From positions 1-64,000 of the forward strand of contig JBGSMV010000029.1 of assembly GCA_041739995.1 (NCBI GenBank): DNA of 64,000 nt, in the 5' to 3' direction. The position numbers and the translations under genes are program-made. Positions 49,307 to 58,354 of this stretch are shown here, piece by piece (positions within the stretch are counted from its first letter, which is position 1; every line of letters begins with the position of its first letter). The DNA is from Bdellovibrionota bacterium (GTDB lineage Bacteria; Bdellovibrionota_C; UBA2361; JBGSMV01). The notes below the pieces were generated by a model. The model worked only from the letters and a program-made list of their open reading frames with translations, made no database searches and was not told the DNA's origin.

Positions 49307-51534
49307 GCCTTTTTCAACCGCGAAGTTCTCGATTCCAACGTTTTGATAGAGAAACCGCGGAAATTTTAAGCGATCCTCACCCCCGAGCACCTCTGCAAGT
49401 GCTTATTAGGTTGGTGTGTTCTCAGCGCAACTATATTTTTTGGCACGTGACGTTCTTGGCGCTGCACTTTGCTGAGCTATTGGTACTCGCACTCATTCAT
49501 CGCATTTACTTTCCCCCAGAATCGCTGCTGCTATTGAGGGTCTGCTCCACGGTTTCGCTTATCGCGGTTATTGCTTCCTGTAGTGCGAGACTATCACAGT
49601 CGTTTAGTGACAGTGATGCGGAGAGAGGGGGTGGCCCGGACGCATGGCGCGTGGCGCGACTCCTCTTTCAGAGCACATTGTTGTTAATGCTCGCCCTTGC
49701 AGTTTGCGTATACCTTTCGCGTGACGCTAATTTTGCAAGTCCGCCAATTTTCCGGGCCTTGGTATTTTCTATCTTCATCACACTGCCCTTTGATTGCATG
49801 CTTAACTTCATTTTTCTCAATCAGAGGGCATTCTCAAGGCTGATTCATCGCCGTCATCTGAGAACAATCACCCTACTTGGCGACCTAGTTTCTTTGTGGT
49901 GCGTGTATACTGACCAGCCAGTGTTGTGCCTACTGTCGCGCACGCTGCCTCGTCTCTGGGCGGCCCTAGCGGTTTGGAAAGATGTGACGGGGTTCACTGT
50001 ATCTCGCCTATTTGAAGCACGCCTATTTGCCGACGCATCGGAGCGAAAGTCGGCAGTTTATCTGATTCAAACCTCTGGCCCAGCGGTGGCGTGCGCCGGG
50101 CTGATGGAGGTGTCTCTATACTGGAGCCTCTGGTTGTTGAACCGTGGGGTGGAGGGGGCGGCGCTCTTGATATTCTGTAGTCACAAGATCGTGCATCTGG
50201 GGCATCTGGTGTCGTTGAGACTCGGGATGCGACAGAGCGCGATGTTTGATGCCGCTGATGTGAGAGTGGGTACGCAAATGGGATTAGCGTTTTTACGGCG
50301 CTGGGGACTCGTGATGCTCGCGAGCATCTTGGTGGCCATTCTCTTCAGTCCCATGTTGTTGCTGCAGAAGGAGGTGGTGTTGTGGAGTTCTCACCTAGGC
50401 GAGTCCTTCGGATGGTCTCTTGCGGTGGGGCTATCCGTGCTTGCACTGACGGGAGCGCGTATTTGCACGCACGGATTAGTCACCATGGCAGCTTTGAGGC
50501 TAAGGCGTTGGCGAGAGTGCCTTCCGGTCATCATATGGATGTTGTTTGTGGGTTCCGTCTTGAGTTGGCTCACGCGCAGCGTGCTCGTTCACGAGGAGAT
50601 GGAACAAACGCTGATCTCACTTTCAAGCGCTGAGGCTTTGCTCAACCTTGGATTCCTGTGGTGTGTGGCCTGGCTGCTCATGCGAGAGCTTCGCCTGTCA
50701 CACGCGGCTCTTAAGAGAGGTGCTTCGATTAGGTTCTTAGAGGAGTTTGAGCGCGACCTCACGAAACCTTCCGACTCCGTTTGTCTTGTGTATGTAAAGA
50801 CCAGCGGAAAACTACAGAAGCCACTACTGGAAGTCGTCACTCCAGCGGAAAAGGACGGCCTTAAGCCTTTTGCGTGCTTCTCCATTATCGGCAACCAGTC
50901 ACTAATGCTTCTTCGTGCGTCCCGACCTTTGGGTAAGGTAAGGATAAGGCAGTCACTTGCTCGCTGCCTCGCGGGTGGTATTGAAGAGTTGCGGATTTTG
51001 AAATCCGAAGTAGCCGACTACCACGAGTTATTCCCCTTTGGGGTAAGTTCTGAATCGGTCACACGCTGGCTGGTCGATCTTTTGCGTCAGGGCAAACCTG
51101 AGCCTACTCTGTCGGAGGAAGAACGTGAGCGCCTAGATTTCATTTGCGAGACCGCCTTTGGCACTTCGAGGGCTACAGAGGCGGCTATGGTGCCCGGATT
51201 TGTGGTCGCAAGTGCCGCTGAAAAATGGGACCTGTCACACATATCAGAGCGAGATTTACGCAAGCAAATCGTGCGATATGGCAAGCGCCTGATTGAACGT
51301 GATCTGGTATGGAATCCAATCCCGCTATGGAAAGGTGAATTTAGGGGATTTGTTCACCTCGTTCGTAATGGAGAGGTGGTAAGGATCCTTTGGTTTGACG
51401 CCAGCCTAAGAAGTCTCAAGCCGCACATCGAAAACGCGGCCCTCGTGAGAAGTTTCGTGGAGCTCTTCTCGGCGTTTGGAGCGGCAGAACGAATGCAGCA
51501 GAACCCGCCGGAACTATCTGAGGAGTTGAGATGA
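49303..51534 (+). CDS. polytopic membrane protein (~12 TM, MOP/flippase-like topology) with C-terminal soluble domain
   Basis: About 12 hydrophobic segments in two halves over ~460 aa, then ~280 aa soluble; ATGA overlaps at both ends. The family is inferred from topology only. Confidence 0.7.
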   Translation: MSLFQPRSSRFQRFDRETAEILSDPHPRAPLQVLIRLVCSQRNYIFWHVTFLALHFAELLVLALIHRIYFPPESLLLLRVCSTVSLIAVIASCSARLSQSFSDSDAERGGGPDAWRVARLLFQSTLLLMLALAVCVYLSRDANFASPPIFRALVFSIFITLPFDCMLNFIFLNQRAFSRLIHRRHLRTITLLGDLVSLWCVYTDQPVLCLLSRTLPRLWAALAVWKDVTGFTVSRLFEARLFADASERKSAVYLIQTSGPAVACAGLMEVSLYWSLWLLNRGVEGAALLIFCSHKIVHLGHLVSLRLGMRQSAMFDAADVRVGTQMGLAFLRRWGLVMLASILVAILFSPMLLLQKEVVLWSSHLGESFGWSLAVGLSVLALTGARICTHGLVTMAALRLRRWRECLPVIIWMLFVGSVLSWLTRSVLVHEEMEQTLISLSSAEALLNLGFLWCVAWLLMRELRLSHAALKRGASIRFLEEFERDLTKPSDSVCLVYVKTSGKLQKPLLEVVTPAEKDGLKPFACFSIIGNQSLMLLRASRPLGKVRIRQSLARCLAGGIEELRILKSEVADYHELFPFGVSSESVTRWLVDLLRQGKPEPTLSEEERERLDFICETAFGTSRATEAAMVPGFVVASAAEKWDLSHISERDLRKQIVRYGKRLIERDLVWNPIPLWKGEFRGFVHLVRNGEVVRILWFDASLRSLKPHIENAALVRSFVELFSAFGAAERMQQNPPELSEELR

Positions 51535-53681
51535 AGAGTCCCCCAAGTTGGATAATCTTGAGGGTGATAGCTCGGTGCCAAACGGCGCTGAGTAGGATCT
51601 TCGTGCCATTTCTGCTCGCGCTTTTGTTGCTCATTACAAGTGCGCTCGTTTTTGAAGGGCCGCTTCGTCGCCAATTTCCCCATAGGGCAGCGCGAATGAG
51701 CTGGGAAATTGACGGCATGAGTATTGAGATTTTCCGCTCGCGGGAATCCCGTTATTTTCCAGAAATGCGGTACTCACCGATGCATATCACCGTTCCATTT
51801 TCTCAGACTCCGCGTGGATGTGAGTTCGTGTATGGGGCCGTGGTGTATAGATATCACCAGCAAAGCGATCGTCTGATCGAACAACCCAGGTATCTTACCA
51901 AGTTTCGATATAATCTCGAGCGTGGGCGCTGTGAGTCGAAAGATCTCTTCATTATTGATGGAGAGACTCCTTTCGACATGGATGTTCAACTTGTTGATGT
52001 CGAGCTTTCAGGCGAAGAAATAATCGAGATGCCTAGGCCTGAAGGATTACGGATTATAGCCTTGAGTCCAGAAGAAGTTCGGGTAGCTAAACAGGTTATT
52101 CCAGCGCAAGAACCTTTTCGACGACCACAATTCACCAAGCGAATTTCGAAATTTTCTGCCAATCTCGACGCAGGTGAGGCCGAGATGCTTGTGGCGCCTT
52201 ACGATCAGGTTAAGCCTCTGATCTTGTCGGAGATTCGGGCGCTGATCGAACGTTGCAAGAGCAGCGGGCAAAGCAACGCGCAGTGTTCTTCTGCCCCGGG
52301 TTCGTCCATCCGCGGCGCAATTGCCGAGATTCTTGATCCGGATATCTCAGATGCAATGGAGGACGCACGTGCTGCAGGCATAGACGTTGATGTGCTCACC
52401 AACTACCGCGCACAAGCAGAGACGTCGCAGCTTGTGACGCTCGATCACGGCAAACTACGTGGCGTCACCGCTAGGTTCGATGGGCCGAGCCCTTGGATGT
52501 GGCTGCGTTTGAACCCGCATTCATTAGTGCTCAAGCTGCCAATGCATACAAAGTTTATTATCATCGGCGACTCCTTCGTATTAAGCACGAATGCCAATTT
52601 CAACTTCATGTTCACCGAAAGTAGTCGCGAAGTAACGATGGTGTATCGAAGCCCGACAGTGGTGCAGATGTTTGACGACTTGCTCGCGCAGATCCGTACT
52701 TCAGTGTATCGCCCGCTTGATGTCGATCTTCGAGATAACTTTCTTCTGCTATTCAATGCGGATCGGCCAAGGGGCTACTCAGTGACGGATCAAAAGTCTT
52801 ACGTCCCGATTAATACTAATGAAGGTGTCAGATCGAGTGCGTACGGCATTTTGCTCGAGCTTCTCGCGCGGTCAACGGGTGAGGTTGTGCTCGCCATGTC
52901 CCCCATCTCTGACGCTTGTGATACCTATCGTCGTCGGCACTGTTTGTTCGACATTCTTTCGCGGCGTGCAGGTATTGGTATGTTCCGCCTATTCATGAAT
53001 GGCTACTTCTATTTTAGCGAGGAGGTGGGAGGCCTTGATGAGTGGCGCTATGCGGCGCGTCGGTATCAAGAAGAGTTTCAGAATCGGTTTCGTGCCGTCA
53101 GGAAGATTTTTTCTGAAACTAGTGAGGATGGTCTCTCGATTTTTATGCAAAAGGGCAATTCCTACAGCCTCCATCACGAGCGCTTAGGTCTCGTGGGGGA
53201 TGATTGGGTCCTGGCAGGGTCCGCGAACCTTGGCCAAAAGGGGACACTGAATGTGATGGAACTATTGAGAAGCCCTGTCCTCATGGAGAAGGTAAAGAGC
53301 GAGGTAGCGACGTTTGATGAGCCATACTTTGTTTCCCATGCCCATGAGTGGACTCCGGAGGAGAAAGAATATCGAAATTGTGAGTTCACCTTTGAGCGCG
53401 AGCTGCTTCATTGGAGAGAGTATAAACTTAAACGCTTTCAGCGTAGCGAGGTCATTTCAGAATTGAAACGTAAGTACGGAGTCGAAGCACCCGGGACATT
53501 ATTTCTGGTGTCTCCGGCCTTTGATCCGAGGCCGGATGATGGAGTTCGCTATTTCAAGGATGTGGGAGAAAAGGTCGTCGAACTAGAGGAAGTTTTTACA
53601 AGCCTTTCAAGTTATCTCTGCATCCAGGACAGTGCGGGGCAAAGCTATGTCGTCAATGTTCAAGCGTCTGCTGGAGACTAG
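51531..53681 (+). CDS. membrane-anchored phospholipase D-superfamily protein with variant HKD motifs
   Basis: N-terminal TM; PLD-type ILDPDISDAMEDARAAGIDVDVL; HTKFIIIGD...TNANF; HERLGLVGD...GSANL. Confidence 0.8.
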   Translation: MKSPPSWIILRVIARCQTALSRIFVPFLLALLLLITSALVFEGPLRRQFPHRAARMSWEIDGMSIEIFRSRESRYFPEMRYSPMHITVPFSQTPRGCEFVYGAVVYRYHQQSDRLIEQPRYLTKFRYNLERGRCESKDLFIIDGETPFDMDVQLVDVELSGEEIIEMPRPEGLRIIALSPEEVRVAKQVIPAQEPFRRPQFTKRISKFSANLDAGEAEMLVAPYDQVKPLILSEIRALIERCKSSGQSNAQCSSAPGSSIRGAIAEILDPDISDAMEDARAAGIDVDVLTNYRAQAETSQLVTLDHGKLRGVTARFDGPSPWMWLRLNPHSLVLKLPMHTKFIIIGDSFVLSTNANFNFMFTESSREVTMVYRSPTVVQMFDDLLAQIRTSVYRPLDVDLRDNFLLLFNADRPRGYSVTDQKSYVPINTNEGVRSSAYGILLELLARSTGEVVLAMSPISDACDTYRRRHCLFDILSRRAGIGMFRLFMNGYFYFSEEVGGLDEWRYAARRYQEEFQNRFRAVRKIFSETSEDGLSIFMQKGNSYSLHHERLGLVGDDWVLAGSANLGQKGTLNVMELLRSPVLMEKVKSEVATFDEPYFVSHAHEWTPEEKEYRNCEFTFERELLHWREYKLKRFQRSEVISELKRKYGVEAPGTLFLVSPAFDPRPDDGVRYFKDVGEKVVELEEVFTSLSSYLCIQDSAGQSYVVNVQASAGD

Positions 53682-53820
53682 TGTCCTGAGTTAAGAGTTC
53701 GATGAATAATTCTCGCCGAGCTCGCTGCTCTCTTTGTGAACATATTTAATGAATTGTACAATGAGTTCAGCGAGCACAGCGAGAAAAATACTTAAATGAA
53801 CTTCTGACTCAGCACACTAG
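53678..53820. mobile_element. MITE-like palindromic repeat, copy 2 (most intact)
   Basis: CTAG at both ends, 23-bp terminal inverted repeats matching 19/23, and internal palindromes; supplies the TAG stop of the PLD gene. Confidence 0.85.
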
Positions 53821-53868
53821 TCGCGCCCGATTCTCTGACAACTTAGCTTTGCACCCAAGAGGTGAGGA

Positions 53869-54261
53869 CTAGGGACAGGTCGGAGGCACTGAGTTCGGTA
53901 CGCAGGAACAGAGTCCAGAGCTTGAACTTCTACGAGTGCAGATCAGATCCTCTGCGCCGGTGCTGGATTTACAATAAATCTGTGTCGTGGTTGTGGGATA
54001 GCAAGTGTAGCCAGCCGGATATGGTGCGCAGTCGGTAAAGCGAGCGCAGCTGCACATTCCGTAGCTCCCAGGAAGACATCTCAGTGGCGAGAGCGGATCA
54101 ATCGGAGGGGATACGTCGCGACAGACGATTACTTGGGTGCCCTGGTAAGTTGTGGTTTGGAAGCCCGAAGGGCAAGCGCAGGCAGCCGAGGCTTCAGCGA
54201 CAAACGCCGCGGCGCTGCACACCATAAGTGCTATGCAATAGAGTAAGGCCCTTACCATCAT
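53869..54261 (-). CDS. small secreted cysteine-rich protein
   Basis: Signal peptide ending AEASA; 15 Cys; two internal repeats ending G[ML]CSC. Confidence 0.7.
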   Translation of the reverse strand: MMVRALLYCIALMVCSAAAFVAEASAACACPSGFQTTTYQGTQVIVCRDVSPPIDPLSPLRCLPGSYGMCSCARFTDCAPYPAGYTCYPTTTTQIYCKSSTGAEDLICTRRSSSSGLCSCVPNSVPPTCP

Positions 54262-54579
54262 GTCCGTCTAATCCCTAACAAGAGAGTCGGGCCAAGAAGC
54301 TAAAAACTTAAAGGGAATTTTACCTCATGAGTTCAAGTTGGTAGCCTGGAAGCAGCTGTCCGCTGAGCCATTGAGAGCCGCTAATCTTTTGGGTTCTGGC
54401 GTCAGCCAAGGGGGGGCTAGCCCATATTGCCATTTGAGCGAAGGCTCTTGCGCGTTTGCAGTGAGCTTGGACGCACTTAGTTCTAATCCCTCTGAAGAGT
54501 CTTTTAACGAGCAGATGAGATCTTTGTTGCTCGATTTGAGGCTGGTCTGCTAGGACCTTACTTAGGAAACGTACCAATT

Positions 54580-55347
54580 TTGACGGAGTACCAGATGGAT
54601 AGCACCAGGCAGAATGGCGAGAGAGAGAGCTGTGAGATGGACCAATCAGTAGTCGAGCAGTTGCCTGCTGGACCCGTACCTAAGGGGCCACTGAGCGCTA
54701 TCATTCTCCATCAGACCCAGACTCGCGGCATGCTTCGACACCCTTTCTATCAGGCTTGGGAAAAGGGCGAGCTTTCACTTGAAACCCTTAAAACCTACGC
54801 GAAGCAGTATTACCATCATGTGAAAGCGTTTCCTCGCTACATCAGTGCTACTCATTCGCTGTGCTCGGACCTCGAAAGTCGGCAGGTGCTCCTCGATAAC
54901 TTGATCGATGAAGAGCGTGGAGAGGAAAATCATCCGGGCAAGTGGTTGAATTTTGCTACAGGATTGGGTCAGGCTGTTGCTGACGTTGAGCATGAGGGCG
55001 CTTTCCCTGAGACCGATGCGCTGGTGGGGTCGTTCATGAGTGCTGCTCGACATTCTTATCCGGCTGGATTGGCCGCATTGTTTGTCTATGAGCAACAAAT
55101 TCCGGCCGTGGCACGAACGAAGGCTGAAGGCTTGAAGCAGTGGTATGGAATCAATGATGACCAGACTTTGGACTACTTCACCCTACATGCAGAAGTGGAC
55201 GTTGTGCATTCGGACGCAACACGACAACTCGTTGATGCGCTCCCTGGTGATCTTGCGAAAGAAGCTCTGCATGGAGCGAACTTAGCCGCAGACGCCCTTT
55301 GGCAGTTTCTCGATCGTATGCAGCAGGTCCATCAAGCTTCGAACTAA
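54580..55347 (+). CDS. CADD/PqqC-like heme-oxygenase-fold dimetal oxidase
   Basis: HPFYQAW..GEL, YYHHVKAFPRYIS, DEERGEENH, YEQQIP, YFTLHAEVDVVH; start likely ATG 54595 or later. Confidence 0.85.
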   Translation: MTEYQMDSTRQNGERESCEMDQSVVEQLPAGPVPKGPLSAIILHQTQTRGMLRHPFYQAWEKGELSLETLKTYAKQYYHHVKAFPRYISATHSLCSDLESRQVLLDNLIDEERGEENHPGKWLNFATGLGQAVADVEHEGAFPETDALVGSFMSAARHSYPAGLAALFVYEQQIPAVARTKAEGLKQWYGINDDQTLDYFTLHAEVDVVHSDATRQLVDALPGDLAKEALHGANLAADALWQFLDRMQQVHQASN

Positions 55348-55483
55348 AGAGAAGGAACTAGTCAGAAGGTCCACAAGGCGCCATTTCGTGTCCAAGCCTT
55401 TGGCTGGAGATGGAGCGCTGGCGCCGAGTGTTTTTGATGAGAAACGGCGCGTCTCCCGTGTGCGGCGAGCGTACTCGATTTGT

Positions 55484-56332
55484 ATGCCTGAGCTTCCAGA
55501 AGTTGAATCGACGGTTCGGTATCTTCGCCAGCGAGTTGAAGGGCTCGCTATCCAGGGATGTAGCGTCCTATGGAAAAGGACTTTGTCGAGCGTGTCAGTG
55601 GGGGAAGAGCTTCTAAAAGGCAAGCGCATTGCAGCGGTGACTCGCCGTGGGAAATACATTCGCATCGACCTTGCGGCACTTAAGGGCGCCCAGGTGACTC
55701 ATCATCTATTCTTTCACCTGAGAATGAGTGGGAGTCTAGAAGTCGTTCCTAGCGCCGAAGCGATTGCGCGGCACGATCGATTAATACTGAACTTCTCCAA
55801 CGGGAAAGATTTGCGCTTCAACGACCCAAGAAAGTTTGGGCGTGCCTATCTCGTCGATGACCCCAATGCGGTGGTGGGGGATCTTGGCGTTGAGCCGCTT
55901 TCGAGGGGATTCACTGCGGGTAAACTTGGCGATTTGCTTGCCCTTCGTTCAGGTGCGATTAAGCCGGTGCTCCTAAATCAGCGCATCATCTCGGGGTTGG
56001 GTAACATTTATGTGGATGAAGCGCTTTGGCGAGCGAGGATCCACCCACTGGTAAGGGCTGAAGACCTCGAAGAACGCGCGGTGCATGCATTATACAAATC
56101 GATTCGGCATGTGTTGAAAGAAGCGATTAGACTTCAGGGCACTGATTCTGGGGATGGCGTCGTGAACTATGGAAGCTATCGGCCACGGGTATGTGGGCGA
56201 GAGGGAAAACCCTGCAAACGCTGTCGCACTGTCATTGAACGAAGCGTGGTCGGACAGCGAGGCACACACACTTGCAAAAACTGCCAGCAGCGAGGACCGC
56301 GCCGGGTTCGCTCTACTGTGGGCCGTACCTAA
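55484..56332 (+). CDS. mutM: formamidopyrimidine-DNA glycosylase
   Basis: MPELPEVE, RRGKY, HLRMSG, DPRKFG, GLGNIYVDE, C-terminal zinc finger. Confidence 0.96.
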   Translation: MPELPEVESTVRYLRQRVEGLAIQGCSVLWKRTLSSVSVGEELLKGKRIAAVTRRGKYIRIDLAALKGAQVTHHLFFHLRMSGSLEVVPSAEAIARHDRLILNFSNGKDLRFNDPRKFGRAYLVDDPNAVVGDLGVEPLSRGFTAGKLGDLLALRSGAIKPVLLNQRIISGLGNIYVDEALWRARIHPLVRAEDLEERAVHALYKSIRHVLKEAIRLQGTDSGDGVVNYGSYRPRVCGREGKPCKRCRTVIERSVVGQRGTHTCKNCQQRGPRRVRSTVGRT

Positions 56333-56371
56333 TGGGTCAGTTTGTGAAGGTTTGCGCGTGGAGACGTTTGG

Positions 56372-56587
56372 TCACGGCAAAGACGGGGCGATAGCACGCG
56401 AGGCCCCGTCGATCAGATCGACCGTCGTGTTGAACAGGCGGTAGCCAAAGAGAATAATGTCGTCGAGTACTGGCCAGTACGCCGTGAACCCAAAGGCCAT
56501 TATCACGAGACGAAGGACCACTAGTCCGAGAATGAACTTGATTGCAAAGAAAAAGTGCGCGCCGAAATTCTCATCGTAGTAGCCCAT
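56372..56587 (-). CDS. small membrane protein
   Basis: 71 aa, ATG start, hydrophobic. Confidence 0.55.
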   Translation of the reverse strand: MGYYDENFGAHFFFAIKFILGLVVLRLVIMAFGFTAYWPVLDDIILFGYRLFNTTVDLIDGASRAIAPSLP

Positions 56588-56774
56588 GGGAAAATGATAG
56601 CAAAATCGCGTAGTTTGAGAACGACACTTCTCTCCTCGACGGCATTTTTAAGCTGAAACTATGACATTCTCTCTTGAATTCAGGTGGTTATGCGGGAGAT
56701 CGCCCAAAGTGTGAGCGGAAGGGGAGGTGGCGGTTCAAGCGATCTGGCAAAACCAAGCTATGCGACGAAGGGCT

Positions 56775-56801
56775 TAAGGACTATCTGCATTGTACCGATA
56801 C
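56775..56801 (+). promoter_or_regulatory. putative sigma-28 promoter
   Basis: TAAG-N15-ACCGATAC versus the consensus TAAA-N15-GCCGATAA, 55 nt upstream of ATG 56857. Confidence 0.5.
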
Positions 56802-56856
56802 AAAATGCAGGGAGAACATGAAGGGTTCCCCAAGTGTGTGTGGAGCAAAGGTCGCA

Positions 56857-57228
56857 ATGACCCTTAAGGTAATCCAAGGATTGGTCAGTCCGAACGCGCG
56901 GACAGGAACGGAGGTAGCCACTGCGGCCAAGGCGTCTTCGCGTCCAACGACCCAATCCCAAACAGCTCCGGTCGTATCCGTTCAGCAATCTCTCCAAAAC
57001 GTGGTGGCTACAGCAAAAAGCGTTTCCAGCGCAGGAGAAGCGGTTATTACTACAGTTCGGAGTGCTTCAAGGGCTTCTTCGTCTGAGCTCCGATCGAGCG
57101 ATGATGCCGAAAAACTAGCTCGAAAAATCGCCCGAGACCTCGGCGAAGGACGTGAAGAAGAGGCTCTGTTTTCCCATTCCGGTCTAGATACCATCGGGCG
57201 CTCAGGCCGTGGCGGAAGCCTCCTCTAG
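56857..57228 (+). CDS. hypothetical S/T/A-rich protein
   Basis: MTLKVIQG start within ORF 56674..57228; low-complexity N-terminus and helical C-terminus. Confidence 0.65.
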   Translation: MTLKVIQGLVSPNARTGTEVATAAKASSRPTTQSQTAPVVSVQQSLQNVVATAKSVSSAGEAVITTVRSASRASSSELRSSDDAEKLARKIARDLGEGREEEALFSHSGLDTIGRSGRGGSLL

Positions 57229-57412
57229 CCGCGCTCTCAGCCCCGCTGATTAACATACTGTAAATACAAGCTAATATCTCTTAACTCCTCGCGTCGCGCC
57301 TTCGAGGTGTCTATAGGTTTATCTGCGCAAAATTTTGGCGCAAGATTTGAGTTCTCTCGCGGACTTGGGTAAGTTCACCCTTCTAAAAGTTTGAGTTTTT
57401 CGAGTGTTACGC

Positions 57413-57853
57413 ATGAGTACCTATATTCCTTCACGTGAGAAGGCCTTGGCAGATCGTAAGTGGCTAGTAATCGACGCCGCCGATAAGCCAGTCGGCCGCA
57501 TTGCTACGCAAGTCGCTTCTTTCTTGCGCGGCAAACATAAAGTCACCTTCACACCGCACGTCGATACCGGCGACTTCGTAGTGGTGGTTAATGCCTCACG
57601 AATGGTGTTCACCGGCAATAAGGCCAAGAACAAAATCTACTATCACCACACTGGCTACATCGGAAATCTAAAGGAGATCCGTGCCGGTGAGTTGCTTGCA
57701 AGAAATCCAGGGCTCGTGTTGCGCAAGGCCGTTAAGGGCATGATTCCGCACGGTCCGTTGGGGAATCGACTTATTCTTAAGCTAAAGGTGTTTAGTGGCC
57801 CAGAGCATACGCATCAGGCGCAGGTTCCTGAGGCGGTGCAGATAGCAAGTTAG
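57413..57853 (+). CDS. rplM: 50S ribosomal protein L13
   Basis: WLVIDA, LRGKHK.TFTPHVDTGD, YYHHTGYIG, VKGM. Confidence 0.98.
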   Translation: MSTYIPSREKALADRKWLVIDAADKPVGRIATQVASFLRGKHKVTFTPHVDTGDFVVVVNASRMVFTGNKAKNKIYYHHTGYIGNLKEIRAGELLARNPGLVLRKAVKGMIPHGPLGNRLILKLKVFSGPEHTHQAQVPEAVQIAS

Positions 57854-57961
57854 ATTTTCCAGATCTCTGGTGCTTGGCGGGAAGTTTAAGTTTGTCCAAT
57901 AAGTGTATTCAGTGAGGCCCTCAAGGGCGGTAGCAAGTTTGGTGATTGGTAAGAGACAGAT

Positions 57962-58354
57962 ATGAAGAAGAGTCCGATTTTTTCAATTGGCAGAAGAAAG
58001 ACCGCCGTAGCGAGAGTGTTCCTAAGGCCCGGCACGGGGATTATCACCGTTAATGGACGTCCCTACGAGGAATTCTTCGGTCGTAAGACTCTGCAGATGG
58101 TACTTCGCCAACCAGTAGAGGCTATTCCTGAAGCTAAGGAATTCGACATTCAAGTAAATGTGCGCGGTGGCGGTTCTTCGGGCCAAGCTGGCGCAGTTCG
58201 TCATGGTATCGCTCGCGCTTTGGTAAAGGTTGACGAGGCCAACAAGCCAGAGCTGCGCACTCGCGGATACCTGACTCGTGACGCTCGCATGGTTGAGCGT
58301 AAGAAGTACGGGCGTCATGGTGCTCGACGACGACCGCAGTTCTCGAAACGATAA
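57962..58354 (+). CDS. rpsI: 30S ribosomal protein S9
   Basis: [32 protein letters not shown]. Confidence 0.98.
   Translation: MKKSPIFSIGRRKTAVARVFLRPGTGIITVNGRPYEEFFGRKTLQMVLRQPVEAIPEAKEFDIQVNVRGGGSSGQAGAVRHGIARALVKVDEANKPELRTRGYLTRDARMVERKKYGRHGARRRPQFSKR

Noticed and set aside
47867..49400. Group II intron
   Set aside because: The RT stop overlaps the next ATG, no domain V/VI-like sequence follows, no interrupted host gene is apparent, and YADD is absent.
47590..53681. Diversity-generating retroelement or classical retron
   Set aside because: No TR/VR pair with adenine-specific mismatches and no Avd-like gene were seen. The RT lacks the retron NAxxH and VTG motifs.
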